The notes beneath the pieces were generated by a model. The model was not told where the DNA came from. It did no database searches and was given only the letters and a program-made list of their open reading frames with translations. Shown one piece after another: positions 33,660-42,876 of a DNA stretch of 44,770 bases; positions within the stretch are counted from its first letter, which is position 1, and each line of letters begins with the position of its first letter. The stretch lies in NCBI GenBank assembly GCA_012511395.1, contig JAAZGD010000057.1, forward strand, positions 1-44,770, in the 5' to 3' direction. A program made the translations under genes and the position numbers. The DNA comes from Clostridiales bacterium. GTDB taxonomy: Bacteria > Bacillota > Clostridia > Peptostreptococcales > Anaerovoracaceae.

Positions 33660-34642
33660 CTCATGTCCTCCTGTAATTTAATTAAGATTTCTTTTATTAG
33701 AAGGTTTGCTCCTTCGTGGTTGTCTTTGTTTTCATCTCTCAATATTAAAAATCCTTCCTGATTTATAAATTTACTTTCATTAAGGCCTAAGCCTTTAAGA
33801 TCTGCAAATATAGTGCTGTCTTTATTATACAAAGGAACAGAGATTTCAAAAAGGGAGGAATCTCTGCTGAAGGCTCCGCCAATTTTGTTTTCCCCGTCAG
33901 AAAACGAATAGTAGTTTACAGGCTCTCTGAACTGAGTACCTTTTGCTGTAAGGTTGTCCCTTTTCAAATCCATCTTTTCCACATAGAGCCTGCCGTTTAT
34001 GGGAAAGCCACTATAGAAAAAACCTTCATGAACATTAAAGATATCTTCCTTTTGAAAGAGCAGGGAAAGCTGGGAAAGGTCATCAAGGTTATGTAAAAGG
34101 ATTAGGTCCTTAAGGCTTCTACTTTTGGTTTTTAAATATTCCTCGTACATCTTGATGCTTTCTTCTCCTGATATTTCATCCTTCCTTAAATTTGATAAAC
34201 CAAAATATCGTTCCACCGTCTTTTGCTTAAGGTTGGCCATGGCAAGGGCATGAGGGGAATGAGACTTAATAAGCCTGTAAAGGTCAAGATGGAAAGGGAA
34301 GAGAGGAGCTTTAAGGTTGTACTTTCTCATTCTTTTAACCAGAAAAGGCAGATCAAAGGATGCACCGTTATATGTAACTAGGGCATCAAGTTCCTGAAGC
34401 TTTTCCGAAAGGCTTATAAGGAGAAGCTCTTCCTTTTCAGGCTTATCCAAAAAGAACTGGAACATTTCTCCCTTCCCCTCTTCATTAAAGGCTAAGAGGC
34501 CTCCCAGTACAATTTTATCCCAAAGGGAATTAAGACCTGTAGTTTCCAGATCAAAGAAACCTACTTTTAAGCCATTAAAATATGGTTTAAGGCAGGAAGG
34601 AGAAGTTAAATTGTAGTTTGTAGTATTAATCACGGTTTCCAT
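33656..34642 (-). CDS. RNase-H-like / DnaQ-fold exonuclease domain protein (YprB-like)
   Basis: The Exo I-like motif is VGFFDLETTGL, followed by LVTYNGASFDLPFL. No SD precedes the ATG. Confidence 0.6.
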   Translation of the reverse strand: METVINTTNYNLTSPSCLKPYFNGLKVGFFDLETTGLNSLWDKIVLGGLLAFNEEGKGEMFQFFLDKPEKEELLLISLSEKLQELDALVTYNGASFDLPFLVKRMRKYNLKAPLFPFHLDLYRLIKSHSPHALAMANLKQKTVERYFGLSNLRKDEISGEESIKMYEEYLKTKSRSLKDLILLHNLDDLSQLSLLFQKEDIFNVHEGFFYSGFPINGRLYVEKMDLKRDNLTAKGTQFREPVNYYSFSDGENKIGGAFSRDSSLFEISVPLYNKDSTIFADLKGLGLNESKFINQEGFLILRDENKDNHEGANLLIKEILIKLQEDMR

Positions 34643-35040
34643 AGAGGAATTATAGCATTAAGAGGAGTATAAAACAAAATAGGCCGTTACAAACGACCTA
34701 TTCTGTTCAAAAGGGGTATTGGGATTAGAGATTAAAGAGGTTATCAGGGGGATAACCACATATAAATTATATTTACTTAAGGTGGATAATGCAAGAAATA
34801 GAGCAATAATATTAGGCGATTGGAAGGGGAAGAAAGAGAAACAAGGAAAAGTAAGGATTTTGTAAACAAAATTATGGAAAGCATACCGCAAGTTCGTACT
34901 AAAATCATAATTCCAAAAACATCTGTTGAAGGAGCCAATACTCTATTGTGTAACCATAAGAATTTATGATAGTATTACATTTGGAAAATATTATGTAAAG
35001 CAGCATATTAAATAGAAATGGAAAGGTGTGTAAAGGGACA

Positions 35041-35838
35041 ATGGAAGCCATCAGGGAATTGATTAAGGAGAGCAGAAAAATAGTCCTTAAGGTGGGGAGT
35101 AACGTTCTGTCAGACGATAAAGGCGTTGTTAACAGCGAAAATTTAAAAAATCTTGTGGACCAGACCATGGAATTTATAAAGATGGGCAAGCAGGTAGTGA
35201 TCGTATCTTCAGGAGCCGGCATATGCGGCGTGGGAGCCATTAATAAATGGACCAGAAGAGATGACATAAGCTACAAGCAGGCTTTATGCGCAATCGGCCA
35301 GGTGGAGTTGATGCTGGGGTATAAGGAGGCCTTCATGGCCCACGGTGTTCATGTAGCCCAGATCCTTTTGACGCGGGAGGATTTTCAGGATAGATATAGG
35401 ACCTTAAATATGAGAAATGCTTTGTTTACGTTGGTAGATGAAGGTGTAGTTCCCATAGTAAATGAAAATGACAGCGTTTGTGTGGAGGAAATAAAGATAG
35501 GCGATAACGACACCTTAAGCGCTTTAACTGCCAACCTTTGGAACGCAGATCTTCTTATAGTCCTATCAGATATAGACGGGGTCTATGACAAGGATCCAAA
35601 GAAAAACGGTGATGCCAACTTTATTGAGGAGGTTTGGGATATAGACGGGTTACTTCAGGAAATTGATGTTTTTGGGAAAAGCGACTTTGGCACAGGCGGA
35701 ATACTGACGAAAATCGAAGCAGCCAGAAGAGTGAATGAATATGGAGCTTCCATGATTCTCCTGAATGGGAAAAAGCAAAACATCTTAAAGGATGCTATTT
35801 CGGGAGAAGCAAAGGGAACGGTGTTTTTCCCAAGGTAA
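35041..35838 (+). CDS. proB: Glutamate 5-kinase (short form without PUA domain)
   Basis: The motifs are KIVLKVGSNVLS, VVIVSSGA, PIVNENDSV and IGDNDTLSA. The start is ATG 35041, or GTG 35026 for the longest ORF. Confidence 0.9.
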   Translation: MEAIRELIKESRKIVLKVGSNVLSDDKGVVNSENLKNLVDQTMEFIKMGKQVVIVSSGAGICGVGAINKWTRRDDISYKQALCAIGQVELMLGYKEAFMAHGVHVAQILLTREDFQDRYRTLNMRNALFTLVDEGVVPIVNENDSVCVEEIKIGDNDTLSALTANLWNADLLIVLSDIDGVYDKDPKKNGDANFIEEVWDIDGLLQEIDVFGKSDFGTGGILTKIEAARRVNEYGASMILLNGKKQNILKDAISGEAKGTVFFPR

Positions 35839-35852
35839 AGGAGGAGATATAT

Positions 35853-36662
35853 ATGGTTCTGGGATTTATAGGAGCAGGCAATATGGGAGGTGCCATATTA
35901 AAGGGCACCATTCAGTCAGGCCACTTTGACAAAAGCGATATGATGGTCTGCGAAAAAGATAAGGCTAAAAGAAAGAGCTGGGAGGATTTGCTCCTTATAA
36001 AAACTACAGATGATGTTAAGGAGCTTGTAGAAAAAAGTGACATAATCATTCTTGGAATCAAGCCTGATGGTTTTTCTGAAGTTATGCCTTTAGTGGCGGA
36101 GAGCATATCTGCAGGGAAAATCCTCATATCTATAGCTGCAGGTATATCCCTTGAATATCTGGAAGGCTTTCTGCCTCCTTTTTCAAAAATCATAAGAGTG
36201 ATGCCAAACACTCCTGCTATGGTGGGGGAAGGAATGAGCGCGGTCTGCTATAACAAGGCGGTTTCAAGGGCGGACCTGGATTTGCCTGTGAAAATATTTG
36301 AAAGCATAGGGAAGGTGAGAGAGGTAACAGAGGATTTGCTCCACTGTGTTATAGGCGTGTCGGCAAGTGCACCTGCATACACATACCTTTATATAGAAGC
36401 CCTTATGGAGGCCGCTGTAAATAACGGAATGGACATAGAGGACGCCCAGATATTTGCGGCCCAAGGAGTCCTGGGTGCGGCAAAGATGGTGCTGGAGACA
36501 GGACTTGAGCCAAAACAGTTATGTTTAAATGTATGTTCAAAAGGAGGGACTACCATAGAAGCAGTGGACACTCTTTTAAACAACGGCTTTAAGGATAAGG
36601 TAAAGGAAGCTTTCCAAGCGGCGGTGGAAAAGTCCAAGGCAATGACGGAAAATAAAAAATGA
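35853..36662 (+). CDS. proC: Pyrroline-5-carboxylate reductase
   Basis: The motifs are LGFIGAGNMGGAI, RVMPNTPA and SKGGTTIEA. Confidence 0.9.
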   Translation: MVLGFIGAGNMGGAILKGTIQSGHFDKSDMMVCEKDKAKRKSWEDLLLIKTTDDVKELVEKSDIIILGIKPDGFSEVMPLVAESISAGKILISIAAGISLEYLEGFLPPFSKIIRVMPNTPAMVGEGMSAVCYNKAVSRADLDLPVKIFESIGKVREVTEDLLHCVIGVSASAPAYTYLYIEALMEAAVNNGMDIEDAQIFAAQGVLGAAKMVLETGLEPKQLCLNVCSKGGTTIEAVDTLLNNGFKDKVKEAFQAAVEKSKAMTENKK

Positions 36663-36673
36663 AGGAGCCGTAG

Positions 36674-37222
36674 ATGGCATTTATAGAGAAGACAATTAAA
36701 TCAAAGAGAATATATGAAGGCAAAATTCTTAACTTACGAATAGATGAAGTAGTCTGTGTAAAGGGCAACACCTCCATAAGAGAAATTGTTGAACATAGAG
36801 GGGGAGTGGTGATGGCCGCTGTCACCTCGGACCTTGATATGGTAATGATAAGGCAGTTTAGAAAGGCTGTGGAGGAAATTGTATTTGAAGCACCTGCAGG
36901 AAAGCTGGAAGCAGGTGAAGAAATAAGGAAGGCTGCTTTAAGAGAGCTTGAGGAAGAAACAGGCTATAAAGCGAAGACTATGGAATATATGGGAAGTTAC
37001 TATGCAAGCTGCGGTTACACTGAGGAGAAACTCCATCTATTTTTATGCACAGACTTAATTAAAGGGGAAGCTACCCCTGATGAAAATGAAGATATTGATT
37101 TGGAGCTTGTACCCTTGGAAAGACTTTATGAGATGACAGTAAAGGGTGAGATAAAGGATGCAAAAACAGCTCTTATAATAATGCTGGCAGCAGATAAAAT
37201 GGGGATAAAGAAAAATGGATAA
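36674..37222 (+). CDS. Nudix hydrolase (ADP-ribose pyrophosphatase-like)
   Basis: The Nudix box is GKLEAGEEIRKAALRELEEETGY. The N-terminus matches the NudF-like pattern (IYEGKILNLRIDEV). Confidence 0.8.
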   Translation: MAFIEKTIKSKRIYEGKILNLRIDEVVCVKGNTSIREIVEHRGGVVMAAVTSDLDMVMIRQFRKAVEEIVFEAPAGKLEAGEEIRKAALRELEEETGYKAKTMEYMGSYYASCGYTEEKLHLFLCTDLIKGEATPDENEDIDLELVPLERLYEMTVKGEIKDAKTALIIMLAADKMGIKKNG

Positions 37223-38105
37223 GCATCTTGCCGACTTCCGGGAGCATCTGGAGAAAGAGCTTAATAAATCAAAAAATACGGTGGATGCATATATAAGGGA
37301 CCTGAAGCAGTTTGAAGCATGGCTTCTGGAAAAGGATGTATCAAGTCTTGTTAAAGCAAAGAATATTCACATTACAGGGTATCTGCTTTATTTAAAGGAG
37401 AAAAACAGAGAGGGAAGCACTGTAAATAGGAAGACTGCATCCTTAAGGGCCTTTTACAAGTATGGGCTTTTAAAAAAGCTGATTGAAGAAGACCCTCTGG
37501 TTCACATTAAGGTACCAAAGCAAAAGGAGAAGGAGATTCAGTACTTAACAGTTCCCGAGGTGGAGAAGTTGATGGCGCTGCCTAACAATTCTCTTTTTGG
37601 AATAAGAGACAGAGCTATCCTTGAAATCCTTTATGCCACAGGAATAAGGGTGACTGAGCTTGCCCAGGCCAACCTTTCGGATATTAATATGAGAATGAGC
37701 TATATAACCATGAGAGGCGACCATGGCAAAGCCAGAATCGTACCCATCGGAAAGCCGGCAAAGGCTGCTTTGGAAGAATACGTTTATGATATAAGGCCGA
37801 AAATTGCAAAAGGAAAGGCTGAAAAGGATTCGCCGCTTTTCCTTAATTATGCGGGAAAAAGGCTGACAAGGCAGGGTTTATGGAAGATTGTGAAAGGCTA
37901 TGCCAAAAAGACAGGCCTTGAAGATAAAATCACTCCTCAAGTATTGAGAAACTCCTTTGCGGTTCATATGCTGGAGAATGGAGCGGACTTAAAAATTTTG
38001 CAGGAGCTTTTGGGCCATGAAGACCCTGCAAGGCTTCAACTGCTGTTGACTGTAAGCAAAAGCAGAATAAAGGATGTGTATGACAGCACTCATCCCAGGG
38101 CCTAA
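37215..38105 (+). CDS. XerC/XerD-family tyrosine-recombinase homolog lacking the catalytic Tyr and the first catalytic His
   Basis: It has a SAM-like N-terminal domain (NTVDAYIRDLKQFEAWL). Arg-I (YATGIRVTEL), Lys (GKARIVPIG), Arg-II (VLRNSF) and His-II (LLGHED) are present. TPH is replaced by TPQ, and the usual TTQIYTHV reads ARLQLLLTV. Confidence 0.8.
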   Translation: MDKHLADFREHLEKELNKSKNTVDAYIRDLKQFEAWLLEKDVSSLVKAKNIHITGYLLYLKEKNREGSTVNRKTASLRAFYKYGLLKKLIEEDPLVHIKVPKQKEKEIQYLTVPEVEKLMALPNNSLFGIRDRAILEILYATGIRVTELAQANLSDINMRMSYITMRGDHGKARIVPIGKPAKAALEEYVYDIRPKIAKGKAEKDSPLFLNYAGKRLTRQGLWKIVKGYAKKTGLEDKITPQVLRNSFAVHMLENGADLKILQELLGHEDPARLQLLLTVSKSRIKDVYDSTHPRA

Positions 38106-38134
38106 AAGAATGAGGGAAAAGAATAAAAAAAAGA

Positions 38135-38163
38135 TTGAATTGAACATCCTGCTATGCTAAACT
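38135..38163 (+). promoter_or_regulatory. Candidate rplS promoter
   Basis: TTGAAT (38135-38140), a 17-nt spacer ending in TGC, then TAAACT (38158-38163). Confidence 0.4.
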
Positions 38164-38238
38164 ATAAAGGTTATTACGGGCGGTCCTCTTAAGAGATAAG
38201 TCTTAAAGAACGTCTTGGGGGAGAGGAGGAATACGAAT

Positions 38239-38580
38239 ATGGATATTTTAAGAGAAGTAGGAAAAGAATACTATAAAGAAGAAGTGCCGAAATTCGGGGT
38301 TGGTGATACTGTTAAGGTATATATTAAAATCAAAGAAGGCACCAGAGAGAGAACTCAGATTTTTGAAGGCTTCGTATTAAAGAAGCAGTCAGGCGGTATC
38401 AGCGAAACTTTTACCGTAAGAAGAATCTCATCAGGCGTAGGTGTGGAAAAGACCTTCCCCCTTCATTCTCCAAAGATTGAAAAGGTTGAAGTCGTTAGAC
38501 GAGGCGATGTAAGAAGGGCCAAACTTAACTATATGAGAGAAAGAACAGGAAAAGCTGCAAGGATTAAATCAAAGCAGTAG
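38239..38580 (+). CDS. rplS: 50S ribosomal protein L19
   Basis: The sequence MDILREV...[29 protein letters not shown]...[21 protein letters not shown] is recognisable as L19. An AGGAGGA SD lies 8 nt before the ATG. Confidence 0.95.
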   Translation: MDILREVGKEYYKEEVPKFGVGDTVKVYIKIKEGTRERTQIFEGFVLKKQSGGISETFTVRRISSGVGVEKTFPLHSPKIEKVEVVRRGDVRRAKLNYMRERTGKAARIKSKQ

Positions 38581-38602
38581 ATTAGAAAAACAGACAAGCT
38601 TT

Positions 38603-38626
38603 AAAGGACCCCTTGGGTCCTTTTTA
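38603..38626 (+). terminator. Rho-independent terminator after rplS
   Basis: A GGACCC / GGGTCC stem extended by AAA/TTT, with a 3-nt loop, followed by TTTTT. Confidence 0.65.
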
Positions 38627-38652
38627 ATACCGTTTACTTGTGAGTAGGGATT

Positions 38653-39492
38653 ATGAACAACATTAATTGGTATCCGGGCCATATGAAAAAAACAAGAGAG
38701 CTGATTGAAGGACACCTTAAGAAGGTGGACTTGGTGCTGGAGGTAATAGATGCAAGGATTCCTGTCTCTTCAAAAAACCCTGTTATAGATTCCGTTGTTC
38801 TGCATAAACCCAGGATTACTGTTTTTAATAAAGCTGATCTTTCAGATCCTAAAGAGACGAAAAAATGGTTAAGGAGCTACAGGGAACAGGGAATTTCGGC
38901 TGTTGCCGTAAACAGCCTTTCAGGCGAAGGTTTCCCCGCTCTTTATAAAAGGATGGAAGGTTTACGGGATTTAAAGAATAAGGACAAACCGGTAAAAAGG
39001 CCTTTTCGTATAATGGTTGTAGGCATTCCCAACGTGGGGAAATCCTCATTGATCAACAGGCTGGTTAAAAGAAAGGGCACCGCCACAGGAAACAGACCCG
39101 GTGTTACAAAGGGAAAACAGTGGCTTTTAATGGATAACGGCATGGAGCTTTTAGATACGCCGGGGATTCTTTGGCCCAAGTTTACCCATAGAAAAACAGG
39201 CCTTGCCCTTGGGTTCTTAGGCTCCATTAAAGATGAAATCCTTGATACGGAAAGTCTTGCCCTGGAACTTATTAAGGAACTTATGAAGATAAAGCCTGAA
39301 GTTCTATGGGACAGATATAGAATCGAAACGGAGAATATGACTCCTCTTGAAGTCATGGAGGCTATAGCGAAAAACAGAGGCTATTTAAGAAAAGCAGAAG
39401 GTGTGGATTACGAAAGAACGGCAAGGACAGTTCTTGATGAATTCAGAAAAGGAAAGCTGGGCAGAATTACTTTGGAACCCTTGGAGGAATAG
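38653..39492 (+). CDS. rbgA: Ribosome biogenesis GTPase A (YlqF/RbgA), circularly permuted GTPase
   Basis: The N-terminus is INWYPGHMKKT. The G4 motif NKADL precedes the G1 motif GIPNVGKSSLIN, and DTPGILWPK is also present. Confidence 0.9.
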   Translation: MNNINWYPGHMKKTRELIEGHLKKVDLVLEVIDARIPVSSKNPVIDSVVLHKPRITVFNKADLSDPKETKKWLRSYREQGISAVAVNSLSGEGFPALYKRMEGLRDLKNKDKPVKRPFRIMVVGIPNVGKSSLINRLVKRKGTATGNRPGVTKGKQWLLMDNGMELLDTPGILWPKFTHRKTGLALGFLGSIKDEILDTESLALELIKELMKIKPEVLWDRYRIETENMTPLEVMEAIAKNRGYLRKAEGVDYERTARTVLDEFRKGKLGRITLEPLEE

Positions 39493-40155
39493 ATGACAAG
39501 AAAAGAGAAGGAAGAGGAAAGATTCAAGCAGCTGGTTTTAATGGAGCGTCAGCTGGAATATGAAGGCCTTAAGTATATTGCAGGTGTAGATGAAGTGGGA
39601 AGAGGGCCGCTTGCAGGCCCCGTCTTAGCGTGTTGCGTGGTGTTGCCCAGAGACTTTTATGAGCTTGGAATTGATGATTCCAAAAGACTGTCTGAAAAAA
39701 GGAGGCAGTTTTTATCAGAGATTATTCGAAAGGAAGCATTGGCCTTTGGAATCGGAAGGGTGGAGCCGGAACAGATAGATGAGATAAATATTCTAAGGGC
39801 TACAAAGAGAGCCATGACAGATGCAATTAACGCCTGCGATATTATGCTTCAGGAAAGAGGAGGAGCCATAGAGTATCTTTTAATAGACGGGATGTCCTTG
39901 GAAAACCTGGGAATTCCCCAGGACAGCGTCATAAAGGGGGATTCCACATGTTTAAGCATTGCGGCGGCTTCCATAGTTGCAAAGGTAGAAAGAGACAGAA
40001 TGATGGAGGCATATCATATCATATATCCGGGATATGGCTTTGACAGAAATAAAGGCTACGGCACCAAGGAACACTGTAACTGCCTTTTGGAAAAGGGACC
40101 CTGCCCCGTTCACAGAAGAAGCTTTATTAAAAAGATAGGAAGCAGAAATTATTAA
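39493..40155 (+). CDS. rnhB: Ribonuclease HII
   Basis: The motifs are AGVDEVGRGPLAGPV, DDSKRLS and ASIVAKVERD. Confidence 0.9.
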   Translation: MTRKEKEEERFKQLVLMERQLEYEGLKYIAGVDEVGRGPLAGPVLACCVVLPRDFYELGIDDSKRLSEKRRQFLSEIIRKEALAFGIGRVEPEQIDEINILRATKRAMTDAINACDIMLQERGGAIEYLLIDGMSLENLGIPQDSVIKGDSTCLSIAAASIVAKVERDRMMEAYHIIYPGYGFDRNKGYGTKEHCNCLLEKGPCPVHRRSFIKKIGSRNY

Positions 40156-40229
40156 TAATCTTTCTTTATTTTATGGCCTTAAATATGGTATATTAAGAGG
40201 TAAATTCTATTTAAAGGGGGCTTACACAT

Positions 40230-41906
40230 ATGAGCTTAAAAAGCGATATCCAGATTGCGCAAGCAAATGAAATGAAGGAAATTTACGAGCTGGCAAAGGA
40301 GGCGGGTATTGATGAAAAATACCTGGAACCTTACGGGAAATACAAGGCGAAAATAGATTACAGTATTTTGAAGGACAAGGAGAAGGAAAAGAACGGAAAG
40401 CTTATCCTTGTTACTGCAATTACTCCTACACCTGCAGGAGAAGGAAAGACTACTACTACAGTGGGCCTGGCTGACGGATTGCGAAAACTCGGGAAGAAAT
40501 CCTTTGTGACTTTAAGGGAGCCTTCTCTGGGCCCTGTCTTTGGAGTAAAAGGCGGTGCCGCAGGCGGCGGCTATGCACAAGTAGTACCTATGGAGGATAT
40601 TAACCTCCACTTCACAGGAGATATTCATGCAGTAGGCGCCGCAAACAATCTTATTGCTGCCATAATGGATAATCATATATATCAGGGAAATGCTCTGGGA
40701 ATCGATGTGAGAAAGATCACTTGGAACAGATGCATGGATATGAACGACAGACAGCTTAGGAACATTACAGACGGCCTTGGAGGAAAAGTCAACGGGGTTC
40801 CAAGAGAAGACCACTTTGATATTACCGTAGCCTCGGAGATCATGGCGATTCTGTGTCTTTCAAAGGACATGGATGATTTAAAGGATAGGATTTCAAAGGT
40901 TGTTGTGGGCTATAGCTTTAAGGATGAGCCTATAACTGCAGGTGAATTGAAGGCCCAAGGAGCCATAGCGGCATTGTTGAAGGATGCTTTAAAACCTAAT
41001 CTGGTTCAGACTCTGGAGCATACACCTGCCTTTATTCACGGAGGCCCCTTTGCAAATATTGCCCATGGCTGTAATTCTATTATGGCTACAAGAACTGCTT
41101 TAAAGCTTTCAGATTATGTAGTTACAGAAGCAGGCTTTGGGGCTGACCTGGGAGCTGAAAAATTTATCGACATTAAATGCAGAGTTGCGGACCTTCGCCC
41201 CAACTGTGTTGTAATAGTGGCTTCCGTAAGATCGCTTAAGCACCACGGAGGCGTTTTGAAGGAGGATTTATCCAAAGAAAACCCAGAGGCCCTGGCTAAG
41301 GGCCTTCCCAATCTGTTACAGCATGTGGAAAACGTGACCAGGGTTTACGGTCTTCCTACAGTGGTGGCAATCAACAGATTTCCTACGGATACTGAGGAGG
41401 AGATCTCTTTAATCAGGGAAAAGTGTAATGAGCTTTCAGTAAATGTGGCTCTGTCAGAAGTATGGGAAAAGGGCGGTGAAGGTGGAAGGGAGTTGGCGGA
41501 GGAAGTAGTAAGACTTTGCGAGACAGAGAGCAAGATGAACTTTGTCTATGAAACAGATTCTGCCATTTTAGATAAAATAAAGAGTATTGCCACAAGGGTG
41601 TATAGAGCGAAGGATGTGGTTCTCCTTCCCAACGCTCAAAAGCAGATGGAGCAATTAACGGCTCTTGGCTATTCGAAGCTGCCTGTATGTATGGCAAAAA
41701 CTCAATACAGCTTCTCAGATGACCCTTCCCTTAGGGGGACTCCCAAGGATTTCGTAGTTTCAATCAGAAACCTGAAGGTATCTGCCGGAGCAGGGTTTAT
41801 TGTAGCTTTGACGGGAGATATTATGACTTTGCCGGGACTTCCCAAGGTACCTGCAGCAGAAAGTATTGATGTTGACAGCAAGGGAAAGATAACAGGATTG
41901 TTTTAG
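40230..41906 (+). CDS. fhs: Formate--tetrahydrofolate ligase
   Basis: 558 aa. The motifs are [37 protein letters not shown] and the C-terminal PGLPKVPAA. Confidence 0.95.
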   Translation: MSLKSDIQIAQANEMKEIYELAKEAGIDEKYLEPYGKYKAKIDYSILKDKEKEKNGKLILVTAITPTPAGEGKTTTTVGLADGLRKLGKKSFVTLREPSLGPVFGVKGGAAGGGYAQVVPMEDINLHFTGDIHAVGAANNLIAAIMDNHIYQGNALGIDVRKITWNRCMDMNDRQLRNITDGLGGKVNGVPREDHFDITVASEIMAILCLSKDMDDLKDRISKVVVGYSFKDEPITAGELKAQGAIAALLKDALKPNLVQTLEHTPAFIHGGPFANIAHGCNSIMATRTALKLSDYVVTEAGFGADLGAEKFIDIKCRVADLRPNCVVIVASVRSLKHHGGVLKEDLSKENPEALAKGLPNLLQHVENVTRVYGLPTVVAINRFPTDTEEEISLIREKCNELSVNVALSEVWEKGGEGGRELAEEVVRLCETESKMNFVYETDSAILDKIKSIATRVYRAKDVVLLPNAQKQMEQLTALGYSKLPVCMAKTQYSFSDDPSLRGTPKDFVVSIRNLKVSAGAGFIVALTGDIMTLPGLPKVPAAESIDVDSKGKITGLF

Positions 41907-41945
41907 CGCATAAAGCAAGGGGATTCGCCGGTTTGCTCAAAGGGT

Positions 41946-41985
41946 AAACAGTGTTGATTTCATTGAATTAGCACTGTTTTTTTGG
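41946..41985 (+). terminator. Rho-independent terminator after fhs
   Basis: An AAACAGTG (41946-41953) / CACTGTTT (41972-41979) stem, extendable inward with A-U and G-U pairs, followed by TTTTTTT. Confidence 0.55.
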
Positions 41986-42011
41986 TAAAATGTGCTACGG
42001 AGGTTTTTCCT

Positions 42012-42860
42012 ATGGCAATGAGACTATCAGGAGCTCCTGTGAGAGATAAAATCCTTAAATACATCCTTTTAAAAGGCAGGGAAGCAGGAGTTAATGCGGG
42101 CCTTACGGTTTTGCGTATGGGAGAGAAGCCAGAGGACTTAGCTTATGAAAAATCAATAATTGCCATGGGAGAAAAAGCAGGTATTACTGTAAAAGTGAAG
42201 CTTCTTGATGAAAACATGACAGACAAGAAAGCAAAGGACTTAATATCTGAAATAAATAACGACAAGAGTATTCACGGCGTTCTCCTCTTAAGACCTATGG
42301 CAAATAAAGAAGCGGAAAAGGCCATTACGGAAAATCTTGCACCTTCAAAGGATGTGGACGGCATAACACCTTCCTGTATGGCAGGCCTTTACGGGGCTGA
42401 CAAAACATATTTTCCGCCCTGCACAGCCAGAGCATGTATGGAAATTCTGTCCTTTTACAATCTTTCCCCCAAAGGAAAAAGAGTGGTTGTAATAGGAAGG
42501 AGTCTTGTTATAGGAAAGCCTGTTTCCATGATGCTTTTAAGAGAGGATGCTACAGTTACAATATGTCACAGCAAAACTTCAAACCTTAAGGAAATCACGA
42601 AAAATGCTGATATTGTAATTGTTGCAATAGGCAGGAGAGAAGCTATAGGAGGAGAGTTTTTAGAAAAAGGCCAGACAGTTATAGATGTGGGCATAAATGT
42701 TACAGAGGAAAATAAGCTTATAGGCGATGTTAACTATGAAGAAGCATTTAGTATAGTCGATAATATCACTCCTGTGCCCGGCGGCGTAGGCTCAGTAACC
42801 GCAAGCTTGCTATTGCTTCACTGTTTACAGTCCTGTCTTGGTATAATAGATAAGTATTAG
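42012..42860 (+). CDS. folD: FolD-family methylenetetrahydrofolate dehydrogenase homolog (cyclohydrolase residues substituted)
   Basis: The motifs KDVDG, VVVIGRSLVIGKPVSMMLL, ICHSKT, VIDVGIN and TPVPGGVGSVT match FolD. The segment YxxxK reads YEKSI, and GILVQLPLP reads GVLLLRPMA. I placed the start at the ATG 8 nt after GGAGG. Confidence 0.8.
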   Translation: MAMRLSGAPVRDKILKYILLKGREAGVNAGLTVLRMGEKPEDLAYEKSIIAMGEKAGITVKVKLLDENMTDKKAKDLISEINNDKSIHGVLLLRPMANKEAEKAITENLAPSKDVDGITPSCMAGLYGADKTYFPPCTARACMEILSFYNLSPKGKRVVVIGRSLVIGKPVSMMLLREDATVTICHSKTSNLKEITKNADIVIVAIGRREAIGGEFLEKGQTVIDVGINVTEENKLIGDVNYEEAFSIVDNITPVPGGVGSVTASLLLLHCLQSCLGIIDKY

Positions 42861-42876
42861 ATAAGGGGAAAAATAA

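Noticed and set aside
34643-35040. Possible proline T-box leader upstream of proB
   Set aside because: I looked for the T-box sequence (GGUGGNACCGCG-like) and a terminator/antiterminator pair. I found only a degenerate AUGGAAAGCAUACCGCAAG and no stem followed by a U-run. That is not enough to call a T-box.
34658-35267. Two minus-strand ORFs (77 and 120 aa) in and next to the proB upstream region
   Set aside because: The translations are hydrophobic and low-complexity with no SD. The second ORF overlaps the proB 5' end in antisense. I judged both to be chance ORFs in AT-rich DNA.
27834-38105. Integrative or mobile element suggested by a Y-family polymerase and a tyrosine-recombinase homolog
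   Set aside because: The two genes are 8 kb apart and separated by housekeeping genes (proA/B/C, nudix). I saw no flanking direct or inverted repeats and no tRNA target. The recombinase sits in the conserved XerD-like chromosomal context.
38164-38238. L19 (rplS) autoregulatory leader RNA
   Set aside because: A leader of about 70 nt exists between the putative promoter and the SD. I could not fold a convincing conserved hairpin by eye, so it needs a covariance-model scan.
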